In this document: in pieces, positions 52,649-64,000 of the stretch
Layout: each line of letters starts with the position of its first letter
Numbering within the stretch: the stretch's first letter is position 1
NCBI GenBank assembly: GCA_964016885.1
Contig: OZ024742.1
Coordinates: 252,092,001-252,156,000, forward strand
Length of the DNA: 64,000 nt
From: Eledone cirrhosa
Lineage: Eukaryota
Direction: 5' to 3'
Notes under the pieces: model-generated
Databases searched by the model: none
Seen by the model: only the letters and a program-made list of their open reading frames with translations
Told to the model about the DNA's origin: nothing
Program-made: the position numbers and the translations under genes

Positions 52649-52917
52649 TTGTCGATTTACTTGTATCTATATACATATATATTTGTGTATAATACCAATA
52701 TGCACAGTATATAGGCTAGCAGAAAACTGCCCGATGGGCAGTTTTTCTGCTAGTGTATCATAATAAACAACAACAGACATTTATATAAGCAGAGAGAGAG
52801 CATGAATATTGTTGCTCAAACTTAGCCAAATCTTCTTCAAATCAAACCTTGCTGTTTTAAAAATGGAAGGATGCATTGTCCTAGATATATAAAGACACAA
52901 GACAGTAACAGAAGAAA

Positions 52918-53110
52918 TACAGGGGCCCCGAAAAGTTCCTGGCTTTGGGTAAAAGAAAATACAGGAGGATCAGTTAAATATGATTTTATTCAATATATTC
53001 TCAATACATTCTCCTCTCAGAGCCACACACTTATCGCAGTGGTTCTGTAAATGTAATAGTTCTACCCTTTTGCGATACCCTTAAGTCAGGAACTTTTCAG
53101 CACCCCGGTA
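52918..53110. mobile_element. mariner-type MITE
   Basis: TA-CAGGGGCCCCGAAAAGTTCCTGGCTT ... AAGTCAGGAACTTTTCAGCACCCCGG-TA. Confidence 0.85.
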
Positions 53111-54754
53111 CCTTTGATCATAGGTTGGCATAAACAGGCTTGCCAATGGCAAAAACAACATATTCACAATATTAGTTGTGTTACTAAGAAATGTTATGAA
53201 GGAATTTTCTCAATAGAAGCGAATTATTTGGTAAAACATCTATTATTTTTAAATAGCAGGTATTATTATTATTGGGTTGTTTTTTTAGCATTTAGGAAAC
53301 ATAAATTAATGACAACTACAATTGTGAAAGATAATTTCAATTCAATATAATATTATTTAGATTACTTCATAATATTAGCAGAAATACATACATACAATAT
53401 TCTATACATAATTCTATCTCCACTCAAATTAATAGAGTTTAAATTTTATATAAATATGTTATTGTAAAGCCAACATTATAAATATTTAAACAATGAACTT
53501 CAGTGCAGTTTCTAAGAACAATTGTGTGTCATTGTTTGTGTGTCTGGTATGTGTATGCATGCATCAGCAGGTGTGTGTATGTGCATATGCCAGTGTGAAT
53601 ATGTGTGTGTGTGATGTGAATTGTTCTTCAAGCTTTGGAATTCAGTCCTGTTTTATATGAAAACAATAAGATTCTGATATTTAAGAAAATGTGTGTGGAT
53701 GGAGGAGAGATCATAAGGTATTTTGGTATTTTGTTTTTAAGTATTGTAAAAATCTCTTCTAATCAATATCTTCAATTATCTAATATGATATTAGATTTTC
53801 AATAGTTTTGTTAGTGAAAGTGAAATTACATTCACTGCCAGCTTTTGGTCGATAATCATAAATATAGATCCAACAACGAAGAATGGTAAAAATCCAAATC
53901 TCCAGTCATACCCAGATTTCATATCAAATGCATGTTAATCATCATCATCTATTTTATGTCTTTTTAAAATTCTTTTTCTCTTTTTTTTTAAATGTTGGTA
54001 CAAGCTGGAGAATTCAGAAATACAACAACTTTCTACAAATTTTAATTGATGCTCTTCTTATTGCTAACAGGAATGATAATGTGGGATGGGTGATTTCATC
54101 ATGTCATCAGCACTAGATAATTTATTTTAACCATTTTCATACCAAACTGCCCAAAATTGCTTCTGGTTCTATGATAGAAAATTGTTTATTTTAAAGTGTT
54201 TATATTTAACTAAATAACTTCCATCATATTAATTAAGAACCTTTGGTGAGTTATGTTCCAAACACCAGATAAATAATTGTTTCTACGTTTGGCATGAGGC
54301 CACCAATTTGAAGGTAAAGGGGAGAAAATTGATTAAATTAACCCCAGTGCATTATAGGTGCTTTATTTTATCGACCCCGTAAGGATGAAAGGCAATGCTA
54401 ACCTTGGTGGGATTTGAACTCAGAATGTAAAGGGCTAAATAATGAGAAGTTATTTCACTAAATCTCTCTAAATGTCACGTGAGCAGATATGGTTGTGTCT
54501 GTGAGCTTGTATGAATTTTAAATGAAGAATTTTAAGTTGAGTATGACTCTTGGATTATGCAGTGTGATGTTTGGGGAGGACTGGCAAGTTGGATTTTCAT
54601 TTTTCCACCACATATTTTCAAAATGAGCTTAAAATCATAGGTAGTGTCTTTCATTAAAAATATCCTAATGAAGAGTTGAACAGATTTGGCAATTTCTCCC
54701 CTCCACAGCAATTAAAATTTACGGGAATGAAAATGAAAACTAGCTAGATCTTTT

Positions 54755-56130
54755 CTCCATGCAGTCTGCTAGAAAGAAATGTTATCTATAAAGTCAAGAT
54801 ATAGATGATGTTGGGAAGGATGTTTTGAGCTCAAGTAAGGTTTGATGGTGATGCCCTTCTTGTTGATGGCGTCTAGAGAGATTCTAAGAATGTAGTATAG
54901 CACTATGATGAAAAGGAATAATGCAAATATATCCCCTTGCAACACACCTGCAGAGATGTCAAAGAATTTAGCTAAGTTATGAGTAATTATAATTACAATG
55001 GTGTTTTGATAGAGTGCTTTAATTGCTTCCACAAGCATAGGTAGAGTTCCATACAAAGGAGGGATTTGGAAAAGGACATCTCTATTTATGCTGTTGAAAA
55101 CCTTTAAAAAAAAACCTACAAAAACAAGAGCCAAGGGATTTGATTCAAGACTTTATTCACTCAAAGAAATGTGCTGTTGAGATGTCTAATAGAGGTGACA
55201 CCTCTATTAGCGGGAGATCACTTTTAACAAAAGATGATTTACCCAAGACTCTTAATGTGGTTGACTTAGTTTCTTTTGCATGCTTGGTGAAAACTTCCTT
55301 TGATGGAGGGGTTTTCTTTCCTAAGGCCCAAGCATCAATATGGTGCTTATTTATATGATGATGTTTAAGTTCAAGATTTTACCTTCAACACACTCTGTAA
55401 GGGCACTCGTCTAAGTCTTTTTTTTTAATTTGGTGATTTGTCTTTTTAGTTGACTTTCATACTGAAAAGAAAAATCTTTGAGCCTATCTCTTGTTGACAT
55501 TACTTGGTGATGATGAGTGCTCAACTTCATTGGCTTCATTTTAGCCTTTATAGGAAAACTGAAGAAGGCAACCGCCTTATTTGCAGTGGTTAGATTGGAA
55601 TACTTGTCTTCAACAGTATCATTTGCTGATGAAAGTTCAGAGAATCTGTTGAAGACTTCAACTGCATATGGAGACTATGCAACACCTTGTCATGGCACCA
55701 CAAAAAGCAGTTGTTGTTGTTGGTCTCCTCAATGAAAGCAAGACTGAGTACATCTCAAATTTATTTGCTCAAACCACCCACAAAACATAGTATGGAAGTG
55801 AAATTAAGAGAGTTAATGGCTTTAAGTACCTTGGTTCTTGGATTATGGACTTTGGAAAATATTTCAACACCAGAAAAGTGTAGGCATGGTCAGCATGTAA
55901 TAAGTTTGACAGAATCTGGCACTCCAGTCTACCAAATTTCTCCAAAGTAAGATTCTTCCTAGCTCAATACAACCAATCCTACTTTATGGTAGTGAAACAT
56001 GAACACTTATGATCAAACAACAAAATCACTTTGATGGTGCATATACATCTTTGCTTCATTAGGTTCAAAACAAAGCGGATTTAACATAAGACTCTTGGAG
56101 AAAAATATATGATAGTATCCCACATATTAT
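54755..56130. mobile_element. RTE-clade LINE RT region with an internal inversion (54755-55673 on -, 55674-56130 on +)
   Basis: Minus part: YAVEVFNRFSEL, FNSINR, SAGVLQGDIFALFLFIIVL and LDFIDNI. Plus part: VGLLNESKTEY, GFKYLGSW, AWSACNK, LLYGSET and DGAYT. Confidence 0.8.
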
Positions 56131-56679
56131 GTGAAAGAGGCAGGTGAAATTTTAGTTTCTTGGGTGGTAGGGGTGCAAATGTACCTCATACTTTGGTGTT
56201 TTACAAGTTAGACTTATTTCTGGATATGTTTGTGGCATTGATACCAAAACTCCAGAAATAGAATTGAGTGAACAAAACAGATGCTATACCTGGAACCAGT
56301 GTTGTAAATGTACCCCAGAACAGATATAATTTTCAAAGTACTAGAATTATACAGATCTGAAAAGATCTCATTATCCTGTGACCTCAGCCAAGATAGACTC
56401 AATAATACATCTCCACGTATGTTTATCACTCATTGCATCATCTAGATTCAGAACATCAACATCAAAGTCTCTGGCTATGACATCTGGATAGAAGAGCTTG
56501 TGACCTTTTTAGCTTTTGACAGATGTTGGTTTCTAAAGCACTAAATGAAACACAGCTTCTGACTGAGCAGAACTATGACTATGATCAAATGTATTTCAAC
56601 AATGACAGTTATGTCTTTTTTTAAAAAGTGTGTGTGTATGTAGAGAGGGAGAATATTATGCCCTGAATTATGTTATCCA

Positions 56680-56975
56680 ATGAGATGATAGGACTGGAGT
56701 CCCTATCATTCCAATGCAAAGTGGTCATGGAGGTGCCATGGCAAAAAAGCACCCAGCCCACTGTAAAGTGGACGTGGAGGCGCCACGGAAAAAAAGCACC
56801 CAGCACTCACTGTAAATGAGGTTGGTGTTAGGAAGGGCATCCAGCTGTAGAAATCAAGCCAGAATCAGTTTCCGTATGAGCAAGACAAGGTCAGTCGACC
56901 GGACACTGCCCACAACAGAACAACCCGTCTAACCCATGCAAGCGTGGAAGAACGGATGTAAAATGATGATGATGA
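56680..56975 (+). mobile_element. Young RTE-tail SINE (5'-truncated, longer-tail variant)
   Basis: Same body as 50430-50700, but retains the GAGCAAGACAAG..AACCCATGCAAGCGTGG segment also seen in the RTE 3' UTR at 40570-40650. Confidence 0.85.
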
Positions 56976-57507
56976 ATGAGTTTTTTTTTAAGTAACAGGT
57001 TGACGGATATTTGGCTGCTATTTCTAACAATCTGAGTAGCCTTATAGCAGCCTCCTTGTCACCTTCATATGAGAGATTTATGTTCTAAGCAAGTTCAATG
57101 CAAACTATAAGATGCCAGCAATTCCTATGCATACTCACCCAGCAACCAAGAGATACATCATTCGATTCCTTGCAGGCACCTCTGTCTATACTTTTTCCAT
57201 CTCCAGGGATATTCTACCCAATTTTTTTCAACTCTTTATAGTGATCAACTATTATTATAGTCATCTGCATTGGGACAACTACTTTAAAAATTTACTTGGC
57301 TGAACTGTTTCATTATAAAGCATAAGATAAAAGATAAGGTATCAAAGATTAAAAAAAATTGCAGTAGGGTCGGGTCATCAGCAGAAAATTTCATCAGTTT
57401 TATTGCTTCAAATATTAGCAACTCTAAGCTTTGGATTTATTATATTCTCGAGAAAATAGAATTAAAAAACTAATAATAATATGAAGAATCGATGTTCTAA
57501 TTTTAAC

Positions 57508-57545
<38 letters not shown>

Positions 57546-57808
57546 AACAATTATGTCAAGAAAGCTACTAAAAAAAAAAAAAAAAAAAAAAAAAGCAGTA
57601 CATGAAAAGAAAGTTAAAATGAAATCACTGAAAATGAATAAACTCACCAAACAAGAAATGACTTAAGAAACTATTCTTGAAGTCAAAAATTGATGTATAA
57701 GAACATTGAATTGAAGGAAATACACAGGTTTAGACCATCTTTTTTTAATTCTGTGTAAACAACAAGTCATACAAGTGTGTAAACATTGAATCATGCAAAT
57801 ACTAGAAT

Positions 57809-58139
57809 ATGTACAGACATATACAGTATATGGGTATAATATTTCTCATAAAATAAAATACATTCATATACATATTATATGTACAGACAGACATGTATAT
57901 ACAGGCATCTCTTTCTCATACAATAAAATACATTTATATGTATACTACATGTACAGAAGTCCACATATATGGGCATATCTTTCTTATACAATAAAATACA
58001 TTCATATGCATACTACATGTACAGAAATACACATATATAGGCATATCTTTCTCATACAATAAAATACATTCATATGCATACTATAATATGTACAGATATA
58101 CACATATATGGGCATATCTTTCTCAGAATAAAGTACATT
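57809..58139. repeat. Minisatellite, ~70-bp unit, about 4.7 copies
   Basis: ATGTACAG recurs at 57809, 57879, 57949, 58017 and 58088. The unit contains GGCATATCTTTCTCATACAATAAAATACATTCATATGCATAC. Confidence 0.9.
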
Positions 58140-58768
58140 AACAAGTGTAACTAGTCATATTGAAAAGAAAATCATTCTGAAACCAATCAGCAAAAAGATA
58201 TCAGTGATGAATTGCTGTGTTTATTCTGTGTATGCTGCTTTACAAACAGTCAGGATGTAAAAAAGAATTAGTGATGTGAAGAGAGCAATGGAATGGTATG
58301 TTGCCACATAGAAAATATCAACAAACTGTTCCACAAGAGTCCAATCAATAGAAGTTCAACAGGGGAGCCAAGTTGTTTGACAAACCAGTCAAATGGTAGA
58401 GATTACTTCATTGTGTCAATAAACAAGATAGTCTTAACTGAATTAAACGATAACTTCATGGCAATTCAATTAGATGAAACTAAATTACAACTAATATGAT
58501 CAGATCAATGATGTGTGTGCAGAAAACCAGTGATAGACCAGCAGCAGTTGTTGCTACTCTGTAGACAAACTATATAAAAAAAATGGAAATTTGGTCACAG
58601 CTGCCTCTATAAAACCTGTGCACAACTATTAATGTTACACTACAGAACAACAGAAATACTCAACATAACTTCATTAGAAACACGAAGGTATAGAATAGTC
58701 ACCTTAGATGGAATCACAAACTTCAATTTTAATCTATAGAGAAAACTATAAAATCTTGTCATTTTGTT

Positions 58769-59013
58769 TTAACCCTTTTGATACCAAACCACCCCTTGGT
58801 TCTATTAGTCTTAGATGTTTATTTTAAAGTATATTTATCTAAAAGCCTTCTGACATAATTTTATATAAGAATATTTAAGTTATGATCCAAATACAAACCT
58901 AATAATGGCAAAGTTAGTTATGTTACTAAACCCCTCCAAAATTCTTAATTATTTTCAAAACGATTTGAAAATGATAGTGTCTTTCAATAGAAGCATAGTA
59001 ACAAAAGGGTTAA
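58769..59013. mobile_element. piggyBac-type MITE, family 3
   Basis: TTAACCCTTTTGATAC ... GTAACAAAAGGGTTAA. An inverted copy follows at ~59156-59400, and others lie at ~2850-3295, ~6505-6700, ~11335-11570, ~16895-17128 and ~54127-54470. Confidence 0.75.
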
Positions 59014-62000
59014 TGATGAGAAACGTTTATAGTGATGTACCACTTTCCTCCCCTTTTTTTTTCCAAAACTAAGAGTAGTTTGAGAGTTCTGTTCAGCAAT
59101 CAATAACAAAAATTACATTCCGAGTTAGTAAAATAGAAAAGTTTCTAGTTTTTTTTTAATCATTTTGTTACCATATTTCTAATGAAAAACATTTCCTATA
59201 ATTATCAAATCACTTTGAAAATAATCAAGAATTTAGAAAGATTTAGTAATATAACCAAACTTTATTGGCAGTATTAAGATGGTATTTCAAGCATAATTAT
59301 GATGGAAGGTTTTTTAGATAAATTTAAACACTTTAAAATAAACAGCTTTGCATTATAGAACCAGGGGCAGTTTTAGGGAGTTTGGTATCCAAGATGGCAA
59401 TAGAATTAACCATTAGTGGTTCATAAAATATTAATTCAACAATTATCGGACCAAGGTAAAATAAAACCAAGGTGCCAAGAAATTAATAAAAACAATACAA
59501 AACCCCAGCTAATATAATTAAAAGTTCATGTGTCATAAGCACAAACAAAAATGTATTTAAATCAGAAGTTTGGTGTTGCAAATTAAGTTAAGTATAATGT
59601 GAATGAATGAGTACATAAAAAAAGTCTATCTTTCAGATCTGTCCAATTTCAACAATATATAATAGCTGGACAGATCTGAAAGATAACACACACACATGTA
59701 TAAAGGGGGGAGAGAAAGAAAAAAAGACGGATTTTCCAAATTGTTCACATTGGTGACACACTTTTTAAAAATAAAATTTCTCAAGACGCATTAATCTAGT
59801 TTTGGTAGCAGGGCTAAATATATAATGTAATAATCTAATGAGATACATGAGCTTAAAATAAATGTTTGCTGCATGTTGGTGTTTATTTTATTTAAAAGCT
59901 GAAATATGTCATAAAGGTATACCAATTTTATACATCAAGGCTCTTTTTGAAGAAATCACATAATTCCAGGGTTTGTTTTGAGGAAATTTTAGAACTCCAC
60001 AAATCTTTGAGGCAGATGTCATGAGACAGTGTTTGATATTCTACATCTGACAAGCATTTCTAATGGTTATTTTAAACATTTTATGGGTGCTTTAACCATC
60101 ATTTACCATCTAAGCACATGTAATATTTGAGACAATATTAGATTTAGAATTGTACAAGCAGGGGCCAACAGCACATTAAAATAATCACTGTAAAAATTCA
60201 GCTTGCCGATTTTCTTGGAAATGTTCAACAATTTCTCTCAGTTTACATACAACTTGAGAGCCAATGAACTTCATTGGGTAACATAAACTTTCGAAACTTT
60301 GCTCTGAGATAGCCAATAACTTTAATTTAAGTGGTTTACTTAATATAATTGGCCATTTGAACAACTTTTTCTATGATTATTTTCAATTCACTTTCGCCCA
60401 TTCTCACAATTAGTGCCTCATGACGTAAAAAGCAATGAGTGGTGAGAATATTTTCATTTTAAGCATTTTACACTTCAATAACTTCATGTCTTATACTACA
60501 TGAAACCACATTAACAAAACATTCTTGAAAATTACAAAACAGCATTATGACTGCATCACATTAGAAATTGAAGACTTTAGTTTACAGCAAGTTTTCACAG
60601 TGATCTGTATGTATATTAGTAAAGATACTATAAACATTTGAATTAAACTACATGAAACTGAATTACCAAGGAACTTAAAGACTATAGAACAGCATTATGG
60701 CTGCATCATGTTAAAAATTTAAGTCTTAAGTTTACTGCAAATTTCAAAATCATATGCCCACTAATAAAGATACTATAAACATTTGAATTAAAAATCTGAT
60801 TTTAGATTTTGTTTGCCAAATCATTAGAAGATGTCAAGAGTTAACATGAAAAACAAGAACGGTTATAAAATTAATATTATCAAAGAAAATAATCACTGGA
60901 CAGACTTTACAGGCAAAACCAAACCGGCAGGAGACCCAGGGGTAAATCCCAGGCAAGATGGTTGGATAACATCCATGAACTTGGTTGGTTTCACTTGGGG
61001 ATCCAGCTAGATCAGTTGGAGACGGTTACTTCTGACAGGACTCACTGAAAGGAGTGTTTGAGGACTCTGCCCCATGACCCTCCCAGGATTAAGTGGGCAA
61101 AGAAGAAGAAGACTAAGTAAAGTATTTTGGTTTGCAGGGTCTAGCTTCTGTCACAGAATTGTAGGAGACTACAAAATTCACTTTTTCAAAACAAAACTGT
61201 ACAAATAATTTTAAATGTAGTTGTCTCAAAGGAGATGACTACAATAATAGTTGTTCACTAAAAATAATAATTGAGAAAATAGGTAAAATACCTCTGGAGA
61301 TGGAAAAAAGCACTTAGAAATGTCATCGTAACTTCTACCCATATAATAAAAATAACCTTTATGCCAACCTGCATCAGATCACCCACTACATCTCCCCCAC
61401 CCCATTTGATAACTAGAGCACACCCCATCCTCTACATTAATGGCATGTAGAAATGAAATGTGGACTTGGCAAGTCACATTTTAAGTTATATGCCTAGAAG
61501 AACAGTGACTCCAAATGAGTACCGATACGACAATTTTGCTAGTGCCAGTGGCATGATAAAATACACCCAGTCAACCCTGTAGGACACACAACACTGAAGT
61601 TGACTGGTTTTCTCTATTACTGTGTACAAGATGACATAGGTTATGATGACTCATCAAATACATATTGCCATAAAGAAACTGATGTAATTTGATAATGACA
61701 ATGATGATCTAAACTTATTGAATTTCTAAGTTCACATTAGATATAAGAAATTAAAATGTGTATGATCTGCTAGCTAGAAAAGAACAACATGGCAATTTTT
61801 TCCTCTAGAAATTACTAATGGTTTAATTTTGCCATCCAAATTTTACATTTTGGAATACTGCTCTGCCAGCATTTACTTCATATAACCTATTTTTACTAAT
61901 ATACAGATTGTAAACTAAATTAAACTTTTTGCTTTTAAGGCATTCTTTTATTCTACATCCTTAGCATTTAGCTTTAGTATGTATATATATTATCACCATC

Positions 62001-64000
62001 TTTTAACATCTGTTTTCTTTGCTGGGAGATATATAAAATAGACAGCTTTTATTAACATTCATCTTTTTTTAAATTGTAGTAAATTAATTTCTTGTTATGA
62101 AAAAGATTAAACCCTCAAACCCTACAACAAAGAAAAGAAAGAAATGCCTTCTTTGCTAATGGAATTCGTGCTGGCGAAAAAATAAATAAGGTCCCAAAAT
62201 ATTGGAGAGAAAAAAGAATAATAAAAAAAAAAAAGATTACCAGGTACTTTTCTTTACCTCATCTTACAGTTCATTTTGCATTTTTAGTCTTCAATCTCTT
62301 TTAACGTTAAATAAACTTATTTTTTATAAGTTTATATTATCAATATAAAGAATATATATTTATTTATCAAACACTGGTGGGAAATATAACATCCAATTGT
62401 TTAAACTGTCAAGATCAAAGGCATATACATGAATTGACTTTTGAGAGAAGGGGATAAAATAGTACATCATCATGTATTTTCATAAGAGTTAAGGAAAGTA
62501 ATAGCTACTGAAGTTTACAATGCAGTTTTGTGTGAGATAATGTATTAACTTGTAGTGCTTGTAAAATAACAAACATTTTAAAGGTTTTTTGCAAATTATC
62601 TTTTTCAAGGTTCAAAAATAGAAAAGTGTTTACTAACAGTGAAAAATAATGACACGATAGTAATAACTTCTTTCTTTCCAATATTCTTTTAAATTATGTA
62701 TACAATCACTTTTCCTTGCTATCATAGATTGTATAGTTTGAAAATTCCAATATTTGCATGAACTGCTGGAGTTTTATAACTATAGACTTCTCAACATCAA
62801 ACAACTGAAGTGAAAGTACTTAACTGTCAATGATCAAGTCCATCAAGTTGTAAATAAGTTCTGTTGGCAGATAAAGTTTAACAGTGTAATTAACAAGAGC
62901 ACTGAATAATTTGATAAGCCTATGATTAACTTGAAATGCTCAGTCCAATATCTACTATAAATCTATAGACAAATATTATGGTTATTTATCCTATCCATGA
63001 AATGAATTGTCTTAGTCATTTTGCTGTGTACCCTGGCTTTTAGAAGAGATACATTGTATCCCTTCATATCGTAAGAGTTGACTAAAAGGTTTGGTGTTAG
63101 GAAGGGCACCCAGCTGAGAAACATTGTTTCAAAACATTCTGTCCAACCCATGCAGCATGGAAAAGTGGACAAGGTGATTTTAATGCCCGATAACATAAAA
63201 CCAGCTTTAGCATACTGTAACACCTACCAGTGGAGACAGTGTGTAAAGGGAATATGACGTGTATTTAGTAGAAGTAAAACAATTTTGATAAGATTTGCTC
63301 CTTCTGAACCCTCTTTGAGGTTTTGGGCTAGTCAGCATCCATCCCATGCCTCCCTGGACAAGTCGTAGGCCTATCATCAGTTCTTGCAGCGTTGGATGGT
63401 GACTGCAATGTATTTTTCAAACAGGCTCCTTTACCTAAAACCTGAACACATCCCTTGTTGCTCCATGTAAAGGATGATGCAGTATAAATGCTTTTATTGC
63501 ATCTAACAGTATTGCAGTGTTTTGGTGTTCTTATTCAAGCTAGGCACCAATTTGGTACTTTTCTCCAACCCCCAATGACTAGGCATTTTTAGAGGTGGCC
63601 TTGTCGTAGCTACATCACTGGGTTGTGAGAGAGTTCTTGGGAACTAACAGTGTCACCCATTGCTCCATCACCCCTAGTAGTTTACCGCTGTTGCTTATTT
63701 GTTTGGCTGGAGCCCACTTATATTGTAACTAACCACCATATCTGCAGGCCGTATCACTTTCTACCAACTGTGACCCATTCTGTAGCAGAACTGCTCTGCC
63801 ATTTGGCACTTGGCTAGAATTCAAGAGATACAGAGTTCAATTCACTTTGGTGGTCGCTAAGGTTATTTTACCTGATTTTCTAATGCTGTTATATTGTAGT
63901 GATTTCGTGTTTGGATATCAACATTTCTAATAGAAGTAAAGCAAGTTTATTTATTCACTTTCATAGATATATTACACAATACAGTTTTTAATTTTCATAG

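Noticed and set aside
57462-57666. Poly-Lys and poly-Phe ORFs
   Set aside because: They are translations of poly-A tracts.
63375-63400. CTGATGA on the minus strand as a hammerhead core
   Set aside because: No stem II followed by GAAA at the required position.

Overview
AT-rich, microsatellite-rich animal genomic DNA. The repeat repertoire (tRNA-headed SINEs with RTE-derived (GAT)n tails, SINEs with a CTTTCATCC..GGGGTCGATAAAAT core, RTE, CR1-group, Penelope and Helitron remnants) most resembles an octopod cephalopod genome; this is inferred from repeat style only. The window looks intronic or intergenic. I could not recognise any host protein-coding gene, and nearly all short ORFs in the track are microsatellite or transposon artefacts. 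Supported features: a nearly full-length but disabled CR1-group LINE ORF2 (27.65-30.6 kb), many RTE-clade LINE fragments (one with an intact 3' reading frame, one internally inverted), Penelope-like elements (PLEs) inserted in (TA)n, a Helitron helicase remnant with its 3' end, a restriction-like-endonuclease (CRE-type) fragment, mariner/pogo/hAT/piggyBac-type MITEs and a probable solo LTR. The most interesting region is 18.95-22.16 kb. It holds a PLE 3' end (GIY-YIG C-terminus missed by the ORF track, a 1.4-kb C/A-rich UTR with an ACTAAC array, and a minimal hammerhead ribozyme), further hammerhead-like motifs, and a ~530-bp fold-back element carrying a perfect 35-bp hairpin and a hammerhead-like core in its loop.
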